Shown: positions 27,863-34,759 of the stretch, piece by piece
Layout: the number at the start of each line of letters is the position of its first letter
Numbering within the stretch: position 1 is the first letter of the stretch
Source of the DNA: Coriobacteriales bacterium
GTDB taxonomy: Bacteria; Actinomycetota; Coriobacteriia; Coriobacteriales; UBA8131
Assembly (NCBI GenBank): GCA_031268525.1
Contig: JAIRXA010000085.1
Location: 1-34,759, forward strand
DNA length: 34,759 nucleotides
Direction: 5' to 3'
Translations under genes and position numbers: made by a program
Notes under the pieces: generated by a model
Databases searched by the model: none
What the model saw: the letters and a program-made list of their open reading frames with translations, nothing else
Told to the model about the DNA's origin: nothing

Positions 27863-29300
27863 AAATCGTCATGAGACAGCACAGGCACTGGGCGAAGTGG
27901 CCGTAGACAGCTACGAAGCGAACCCCTCTCTGCGCTTCGACAGCATAAAACAAGACTACTGGAAACGGGAGAGCCTGTTTTCGTTTGCGCGGGAAAAGTA
28001 TCCAGATACAGACCTCTATAACTACTCTGTCGATGTTGAACGGAACATCAGAATTGATCCCATCAGGGCAGCAAGTAGTCTACGCTTGGCGCTTGAAACA
28101 TTTGTCGCGATTATTCTTAAGGACAATAACATCTCCGTATCAATAAACTATTCATTTAACAATCTGTTTGAGAAGTTAAAGGACGCACTGCACTTAGATG
28201 TGAGAGCGCAGGGTTTCTTGCATAGGATGAAAGAGGGGCAAAAGAAAACGATAAATTGGCCAGATGAGTATAACAGCAATTTTAAGCGCCTGAGAGCATT
28301 GACGAACGCAGCACATCATATTGAGGACACCAAAAAAGACACCGATGCGAAATTGATGACCGAGCAGAATGTGGCGTATGCTGCGCGCGTATATTACTTG
28401 GAATTATGCAAATACGCACAACTTTATCCTGTGAACGCTATCTCATGGCCAATCGGTGACTTCTACGAACTCAAGAAACTTGCCAAGAATGCAGCGCCTT
28501 TAAACAGAATAGAAGTCCTGTCTGCCAAAAGGAGTATTTCTGCGCCTGGTTTAGATTCTCATGCGATTCTTTACGTGTATTCCCATAGAGGAGAGGGGCT
28601 GAGCGACGGCATCATCAACCGCCAGGGAATTGTCAAGGATATTGAGCGGAGCTCCGGGCTTAACCCCATTGTACCAAACGTAGAGGTTGTGGCCGACACA
28701 TACGATAGCAAGATACTGGCATATACCTTCGCCACGGAACCAATTGTGCTCTTGCCCGACAGCTTTGACTTGGAGCTTTCAGACGCCGAATACTGTGAGT
28801 TATTCACGAGAATTGCTGCAGGACTCGCGGCTCTGCAGGATTCGTCGCCCCCGGTTTTTCATCGAGCGATATCTCGATATGCTGTGGTTTTTGAAAAGAC
28901 TTCAGCCGGACGCTATCTGCCAAAGTTGATCAATTTCAACCTTGCGAAAGTCGAGGGGTTGGCAGGAACTGTAGGGCCAGATCTGAAGGGAGTTCTTATT
29001 TCTAACGCATATAAACCACCTGAACTGCACCTTGATACTTCTTGCACGGATGAGATGGGCCAAAGTAAGCTAAATGTCGATTGGGGCAAATACGATGTTT
29101 ACGCCTTAGGAGTTCTCTTTCTTGACGTTCTTAACAGGCTTACGGGTACCGTTACCTTGGCTCAGGCAAAGAAGCTCCATCCTCCTGCAGCGGATGGATT
29201 ATCAGAGGACTTCTATTACTTACTTGAGAAGATGGTTGATCCTGCACCGGAGAATCGGCCAAATATGACGATGGTAGCCAAGCAATTGGCTCAGCCCTGA
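27852..29300 (+). CDS. DUF4145/HEPN-like domain fused to a kinase-fold domain lacking catalytic Asp residues
   Basis: SSLRLALE...LRALTNAAHH, then FHRAIS, LINFNLA, YKPPE, DVYALG and PENRP. The start overlaps the upstream stop; GGAG RBS. Confidence 0.7.
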   Translation: MMPENRHETAQALGEVAVDSYEANPSLRFDSIKQDYWKRESLFSFAREKYPDTDLYNYSVDVERNIRIDPIRAASSLRLALETFVAIILKDNNISVSINYSFNNLFEKLKDALHLDVRAQGFLHRMKEGQKKTINWPDEYNSNFKRLRALTNAAHHIEDTKKDTDAKLMTEQNVAYAARVYYLELCKYAQLYPVNAISWPIGDFYELKKLAKNAAPLNRIEVLSAKRSISAPGLDSHAILYVYSHRGEGLSDGIINRQGIVKDIERSSGLNPIVPNVEVVADTYDSKILAYTFATEPIVLLPDSFDLELSDAEYCELFTRIAAGLAALQDSSPPVFHRAISRYAVVFEKTSAGRYLPKLINFNLAKVEGLAGTVGPDLKGVLISNAYKPPELHLDTSCTDEMGQSKLNVDWGKYDVYALGVLFLDVLNRLTGTVTLAQAKKLHPPAADGLSEDFYYLLEKMVDPAPENRPNMTMVAKQLAQP

Positions 29301-29306
29301 AAGCCT

Positions 29307-30938
29307 GTGATTATTGTGAGCCATTCGACATCCTCATACTTCATTGTCGGCGACTCCCGCCAAGGCCAAGAACTGAGCTCCAAAACGCCGCCCCTCAATC
29401 TTGACGGTACTGAGGTGCAGATAGGTGGGCTGATCGGCGTTGGCACAAGCTGCCTGGCATACGACGGTAAGACCGTTGGTTTGAGCGAGCGCGTGGTGGT
29501 CAAGGAGTGGTTTCCCCGTGATCTCGCCGCCTGCAAAGCCCTGAAGCGCGATACGTCTTCTTCCTGCCTTATCGCCGACGCAGAAGTGATGAAGGACATC
29601 GAAGGCGATGAGCTCCGGAAAGGATTCGAAAAGAGCTTCATCAAGTGGCTTGAATACCAGAGAGAAGCCCCCCGTTTTACCCTCTGGCCGGAGCTGCACC
29701 CCCTTGGTGATACGGTCTACCTCCTGACAAAGCTCGGAGGGGAGGGTATGTCGCTGTCACAGTCCCGCGCGGACCTCCTGAAAAAGGATTGTTCGCGCGA
29801 ATCCCTGTGCTCGGTGCTCGAAGTTACGATTTCCCTCCTCAACAGGCTGCAGCCCTTGCACACGGCCGGACTCCTGTACATCGACGTCAAACCCGAAAAC
29901 ATCCTGCTGTTCAGCACAGACAAGACGCCTGGCGAGAGCAGGGCGGTGGCCCTGTTCGACTTTGACTCCACGGCGAGCCTCACCGATATACAGAATGGGT
30001 CTGTCATCCTCCGTCCCACGGCAGGGTGGGCACCCCACGAAGCTTGGGAGCCGACCCAGCCCGAGAGCGTGAACTTCTGCACAGACCTATACGGCGTGGG
30101 GCGCGTCCTGCTGTGGTTATTGGGTGTGGAGCCGTCAGCAGACGGAGCGGACTGCCTTGGCGAGAACTTTATACGGACGAACATCGGGGCTTACCTCGGT
30201 CGGTTTGCCAGCACCGAGTTTTCTACGAGTGCCTGCAACACCATAATTGTGGCCTTGGCGAAGGTGTTGGCAAATGCGCTACGGCACGACACCAAAAAGC
30301 GCTATCAGAGCATCGCTGAGATGCGTGCGGCCCTGATAGCCGTCCGTGAAGGCTTGGGAACGTACCATGCCGAACCTGAGCCCAACGATGATGAGCTGCA
30401 TGAGTTTAAAAGGCGCTTTGACAACATGGAGGAATTAATCCGCACTGCATTCGATAATGTCAGTCGGCAGCTCCAAAAGAGCACGACAGAGATTATTCAA
30501 GAAGTACAAAAGACGCCGGAACAGGCGTATCAGGGGGCATATCAGGGGGCAATCGATGCGGGGAAAGCAACTTCTGGCCATGGCGATCTCGACACGCAAG
30601 CCCCCGATAAAAAGAGCTCGTTGCGGGTGGAAGCATCTGGCAACGGACTTGCTATACAGATTGAGGTAACAGATTCCGGCAATGACAGCACCCCCGGAAA
30701 GCCCGAAGAAAATACTGACCCGCCCAAAGCGGACCTCCCAACTGCTCTTCCAGAAAGGCCTTATCCCGCCTTGGACGAAAAAACTAATGAGCGCATATCG
30801 TCACTGATTAACAGCTTGGGTCAACACAGTGACGATTCGGATCCTGCTGCATCGTTGACAATTGAACTGCTTGACCAGAGAGTTGCGAACGACGAATCGA
30901 CTACGGCTCTTCAGGAATGGGTAGCTATCTATCTGTAG
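29307..30938 (+). CDS. Hanks-type Ser/Thr protein kinase with coiled-coil/disordered C-terminus
   Basis: IGVGTSCLAY, VVVKE, YIDVKPENI, LFDFD, WAPHE, TDLYGVG and KRYQS motifs; exact start uncertain. Confidence 0.9.
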   Translation: MIIVSHSTSSYFIVGDSRQGQELSSKTPPLNLDGTEVQIGGLIGVGTSCLAYDGKTVGLSERVVVKEWFPRDLAACKALKRDTSSSCLIADAEVMKDIEGDELRKGFEKSFIKWLEYQREAPRFTLWPELHPLGDTVYLLTKLGGEGMSLSQSRADLLKKDCSRESLCSVLEVTISLLNRLQPLHTAGLLYIDVKPENILLFSTDKTPGESRAVALFDFDSTASLTDIQNGSVILRPTAGWAPHEAWEPTQPESVNFCTDLYGVGRVLLWLLGVEPSADGADCLGENFIRTNIGAYLGRFASTEFSTSACNTIIVALAKVLANALRHDTKKRYQSIAEMRAALIAVREGLGTYHAEPEPNDDELHEFKRRFDNMEELIRTAFDNVSRQLQKSTTEIIQEVQKTPEQAYQGAYQGAIDAGKATSGHGDLDTQAPDKKSSLRVEASGNGLAIQIEVTDSGNDSTPGKPEENTDPPKADLPTALPERPYPALDEKTNERISSLINSLGQHSDDSDPAASLTIELLDQRVANDESTTALQEWVAIYL

Positions 30939-31429
30939 CCAAGCAGTATTGCTGAAATAATCGGATGTTCAAGGCTAAGAAGGTTGGCGATTTCCACCCT
31001 TGCCTCCAGCACGTCTCCAACCCACAGGCTTTTTAGCCCAAAGCCTGTTGCTGCAAGAAGCGCATTTTCAATCGCGGCGCCAATTGAAAGCAGGTCTGCT
31101 GGATGCGAGTCCTTGCCCACTCCTGTGGTTTGAGAGTCGCATGCTATCAACACAACAGGGGCCTGTACTATTGCATCTGCACTTTTCTCTACCCCATCGC
31201 GAATAGAACTCGCATTCGTAGGTGTCCGTGCTGCTTCATAGAGAATATGTGCGATTGCAACCTTAATCGACTGATCAGTTATTACCACAAACGACCAGGG
31301 CTTCCTGTCTTTGGCAGATGGTGCCTTGTCGGCAAACTCGATAATGCTTTTGATACTACGATTATCTAGACTCCTTGAGTTAAATCTACGTGTGCTTTTG
31401 CGAGTGGCAATGGCGTCAAAAACGCTCAT
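30929..31429 (-). CDS. Nitroreductase family protein
   Basis: IATRKSTRRF, APSAKDRKPW and AAIENALLAATGFGLKSLW. Start is ATG 31429 or the TTG at 31480. Confidence 0.92.
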   Translation of the reverse strand: MSVFDAIATRKSTRRFNSRSLDNRSIKSIIEFADKAPSAKDRKPWSFVVITDQSIKVAIAHILYEAARTPTNASSIRDGVEKSADAIVQAPVVLIACDSQTTGVGKDSHPADLLSIGAAIENALLAATGFGLKSLWVGDVLEARVEIANLLSLEHPIISAILLGYR

Positions 31430-31476
31430 GTCAGAAGATTGGTCTCGCTCGCTATCATTTTTGTCGCATGATGTCT

Positions 31477-34470
31477 TCAAGAGTTCCTCGCAGGAGTCTG
31501 CTCACGTCGTTCCAACTCGTCTTTTGCTGCTGTGCTTCGATAATCCACCTTGAGATCGATATCGCGTAATTGCGGCAACTCGTCAATGTGCAACCCGGGT
31601 CTCTCGTTGTTGTTTCTTGCTGGGTTCTGGTCTGTTTCATTCAACATTTGGACTTTAAAGTCCTCTTGCGGAGAAACTGAAGTAAGGCCGTGAACGAGAC
31701 AGAACGCGAACTCAACAAAACCTTTTAGCTTGTCCCCAAACCAAGGATTAATGAGTTTAGAACTATCGATATGAACAGCAAAGGCATCTTCGCCACAACC
31801 GTGCGCATTATTGTGAGCGCCTATTCCAACGGGTCTGGATACCGTCAAGCCTCGTATTGCACATTCAAAAATGTAAAGCGAGAGGGTGTTTTGCTCTACA
31901 AAATCCACTGATGAGCCAGCCACAAAAGCCATGGCCAGAGAGTGTGGGTTTTTGGTAGCGGACCCTGCATCTGAAGCCATGAATTTGCAATCTCGTATCA
32001 TCAGAGATGAAACACGCCCACCGAGAAGAAGCATCCCTCCCGTTTGGCTGCGAACAGTTCCAGCATTAGGATCGATTTGTTGTGAGGGAATGGCTGCAAC
32101 TCCTGATGTCAAGGAATAGAGGAGCATGGATGCCGCACTGTCCTTGTGAATCCCGCGATAATAATAAAGTGGCTCCATAGTCTTCTCGTCTGCTGGAACA
32201 TAAAAGGATGGCAGGCCGTTTTCGCGCATGTCCTGGATGCCTTCCTCGGAGAAACTGCCTGTCACATCATCTGTGTCGACCTCGCCGAGGATCGTACAAT
32301 GATCAAATACAGCGCCATCCAAGAGACAATTGACAAAGACCACTCCTTCAAAACAACAATCATGGAACTTTGACGAGCTGAAATCACAGTTTGTGAATAT
32401 TGTGTTGCGGAAAACAGCGCCTACAAATTCCGATAAGCGCCACCTCAGGTTAACCAGATGTGTCGTCTTGCCGTTATCTGAGCAAAACACATCAAACGTC
32501 TTGCTGAGGTCGCCTTGATTGAAACGCCCCCATACTCTACGTTCACCAAGCATTGCAGTAAATGAAGCAATATCAATGCTTGGGTCAACGTCTGGATTAT
32601 TGTTTCTGCTCCAAGCTGTTAAGGCTCGCCCTAACCCATCATGCGCAAAACGGACCGTTGGACTCTCTTTGCCGGTGACAAGGCAGATTTTGGTCTCTTT
32701 AAGCCATAGTGCAGCAAACACAAAGCCTTTAATTTGCTCAATTAATACAGAGCGTGGGTCACAGGCAAACATTGCTCCTGACGAAACATCATAGGGGTCC
32801 TCGAGCCAAGGCACACGATCTATGCCTGTGAGTTGTGCCGCTTCTTTTGGTAAGGCTTCTCCCATCGCGCCCAAAACAGTCTCTTGACCAGCGCTGAGCA
32901 GGAGGGAGCTTGCTCTTTGTTTTGCGCTAGGGGCATCAACATCTTCCATCTCTCTAAGGGCGTCGTCCCATATGGTTTTGAGTATGTCTTGCCACTTTTG
33001 GACAGCCTCATCGGAGCCGTCTGGCGTTCTTGAAAGTAGAGCGATTTCCTTGCCATAAGAGTCCCTGAACAATTTGTTAAGCTCAACGGATCGCTTATAG
33101 TCATCACTCTTGAGGGGTTGCGTTATTCTCCTCAAATGCTCGCGAACCATTGGTTCAACGGTACCAACGCTGATATCGGGGATATCCTTCGCGGCAAGCG
33201 CACAGTGTTGTAACTTCTGATCTATGGTGGCAGAGAATCCTGCACCCGAAATGTGTTCAGCAAATGATGTCAGCTTGGTAGCCATCTCATCAAAACTGTC
33301 TTGCGAATCTATGACCATATCGAAGAAGCCATCAATATCATGTGCGATTGATTCTCGAAGACCGTCGCGCTCATCGCGTACTGTTTTTACCTGCAAAGCG
33401 TTTGGGCTTTTTTCGATGGCCTGACGCACCGACGACAAACTGAGCCACCAGGAGAAGTCTTCAAACTCATCAAGACTGCCCTGAGAATTGATGGCCCTGT
33501 CGAAAAAGTCATCAAAACAATAAAGTGCTAAATGGAGCAGATGTTCTCTTGTTATTATTGTTCGCGTATTTTCAAAACGTTTATTGGCAGTCCAATAGAG
33601 AGCGTACAGTACTGCCTGTAGGCTGAGCAGCCAAGAAGAGTCCATCAGCTTTTCTGAGTTGTAAAATGTTTTAAAAAGCACATTCGCAACATCCCCTTCT
33701 GTTGCAAGCTCACCAGCACTATCCCTATCCTGCCCTACTTTATCAGGAGTCCCCAATGCGCCACTATTATTAATAATCCTCTCGATTGCATTTTTATCGG
33801 TAATGGGAAAGAGCCGAAACGTATCGAAGCTGCAGGCCCTCAGTTTTGCCATGATGTCCTTCAGCTTATAGTCGTATTCAGAGCGTAGAGACACAACGAT
33901 CTTCAAGCTGAAATTTCGATTGATATACGACAGCCAGTCAGAAAACAGATCTACCTCTCTTATGGTAGAGTGTCTGATGAACTCCTCAAATTGATCGAGA
34001 ATCAATACGGGTATCCCCTCAAAATCGCAAAGCGTTCTGGCAAGCCCGTACTTTGGGTCCTTGCCCATCTCGTCTGTCAGCCATCTTCTATTTTCCTCAT
34101 TAAACTGCCCAAGAAAAATGCTCTCGATATAGTGCTCAAACCCTTCGCTCCTTATTTTCTGTATCTCTTCGCGCCCTCCCCAATTGGAACAGAAAAATGG
34201 GACAAACTGGTATTTTTCCATCACAGTGCGCAAACCAACTTGAAGAAACGACGATTTTCCGACGCCTGATTCGCCATGAAGTACAACAAGACTGTTGTCA
34301 TCCAGAGAATACATAAATTTATCGAGGTCGTTACCGCGGCCCTCAAACGGCTTACCTTCCTCGTAATCCTTCAGGTCCAAGGGTCTTGGACCTGGCCATG
34401 GACACTCAGATTCAATGCAGTTAACAGCGTCGCGCCACAGCTGCAGTGGGCTGCTTGTGCAATCAGACAT
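31477..34470 (-). CDS. nSTAND1-type NTPase with C-terminal pentapeptide repeats
   Basis: CPWPGPRP..FEGR, Walker A LHGESGVGKSS, Walker B LILDQFEE, SLRSEY and FAHDGL; then FRNTIFTNCDFSSSKFHDCCFEGVVFVNCLLDGAVFDHC. Start set to ATG 34470 (AAGGAG RBS). Confidence 0.85.
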   Translation of the reverse strand: MSDCTSSPLQLWRDAVNCIESECPWPGPRPLDLKDYEEGKPFEGRGNDLDKFMYSLDDNSLVVLHGESGVGKSSFLQVGLRTVMEKYQFVPFFCSNWGGREEIQKIRSEGFEHYIESIFLGQFNEENRRWLTDEMGKDPKYGLARTLCDFEGIPVLILDQFEEFIRHSTIREVDLFSDWLSYINRNFSLKIVVSLRSEYDYKLKDIMAKLRACSFDTFRLFPITDKNAIERIINNSGALGTPDKVGQDRDSAGELATEGDVANVLFKTFYNSEKLMDSSWLLSLQAVLYALYWTANKRFENTRTIITREHLLHLALYCFDDFFDRAINSQGSLDEFEDFSWWLSLSSVRQAIEKSPNALQVKTVRDERDGLRESIAHDIDGFFDMVIDSQDSFDEMATKLTSFAEHISGAGFSATIDQKLQHCALAAKDIPDISVGTVEPMVREHLRRITQPLKSDDYKRSVELNKLFRDSYGKEIALLSRTPDGSDEAVQKWQDILKTIWDDALREMEDVDAPSAKQRASSLLLSAGQETVLGAMGEALPKEAAQLTGIDRVPWLEDPYDVSSGAMFACDPRSVLIEQIKGFVFAALWLKETKICLVTGKESPTVRFAHDGLGRALTAWSRNNNPDVDPSIDIASFTAMLGERRVWGRFNQGDLSKTFDVFCSDNGKTTHLVNLRWRLSEFVGAVFRNTIFTNCDFSSSKFHDCCFEGVVFVNCLLDGAVFDHCTILGEVDTDDVTGSFSEEGIQDMRENGLPSFYVPADEKTMEPLYYYRGIHKDSAASMLLYSLTSGVAAIPSQQIDPNAGTVRSQTGGMLLLGGRVSSLMIRDCKFMASDAGSATKNPHSLAMAFVAGSSVDFVEQNTLSLYIFECAIRGLTVSRPVGIGAHNNAHGCGEDAFAVHIDSSKLINPWFGDKLKGFVEFAFCLVHGLTSVSPQEDFKVQMLNETDQNPARNNNERPGLHIDELPQLRDIDLKVDYRSTAAKDELERREQTPARNS

Positions 34471-34471
34471 T

Positions 34472-34759
34472 TTAGCGCTCCTTACTCGAACAGCTGGCAA
34501 AGGGACTATAGTTCACAATAGTCCAATTGCCCTCGTCGGCATCAGAAACAGCCGCCTCCAGGTGCTCAATATAGTGTTCTATTGCTGGCGTAAACTCGTT
34601 AGTATTGCTTTCAACGGTGTCGAGCTCCGACCAGCGTAGTAATTCGGTAGCTCGAGGTGAGAGATCGCTATTGTTGATCACCACCCCGATTTTTGTCGGC
34701 CCGAGGTAGTTATTCTTCCTCAGCATTGGAGTAATCAGTTGGGAGATGAAGATCGGAAG
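34472..34759 (-). CDS. C-terminal end of a gene co-transcribed with the STAND NTPase (partial)
   Basis: The frame is open to the window edge (LPIFISQLITPMLRK...) and its stop lies 1 bp before the STAND start. Confidence 0.6.
   Translation of the reverse strand, partial: LPIFISQLITPMLRKNNYLGPTKIGVVINNSDLSPRATELLRWSELDTVESNTNEFTPAIEHYIEHLEAAVSDADEGNWTIVNYSPFASCSSKER

Noticed and set aside
34472-34759. Calling the partial upstream gene a SIR2 or TIR effector
   Set aside because: Plausible from context, but the visible 95 residues contain no diagnostic motif.

Overview
Bacterial chromosomal window, probably from a Coriobacteriia-type actinobacterium (inferred from the style of the GatC/GatA/GatB sequences and the high GC). 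Positions 1-8000 are core or metabolic: a partial feoB, feoA with an upstream palindromic operator, an unassigned glycyl radical enzyme, DUF4491, DUF47 and gatCAB. From about 8100 to the end the window is an accessory, defence/conflict-like island with no visible integrase or tRNA. In order it contains: (1) a repeat-built beta-propeller surface protein and an apparently degraded radical SAM/SPASM gene; (2) a TerY-PP2C-kinase (TerY-P) triad followed by a DedA/VTT protein, three micro-ORFs not called as such in the ORF track (two are Cys-rich zinc fingers), a DUF6273 protein and an HExxH peptidase; (3) an SNF2-like helicase, MoxR AAA and peptidase-vWA operon; (4) a VirD4/HerA-like ATPase, a DUF5663-YbjN fusion and a YbjN protein, a set resembling Patescibacteria/Saccharibacteria proteins; (5) an HTH-like protein, a HEPN/DUF4145-pseudokinase and a Ser/Thr kinase; (6) an nSTAND1-pentapeptide NTPase and a nitroreductase. 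All family assignments come from motif recognition by eye; no database search was run.
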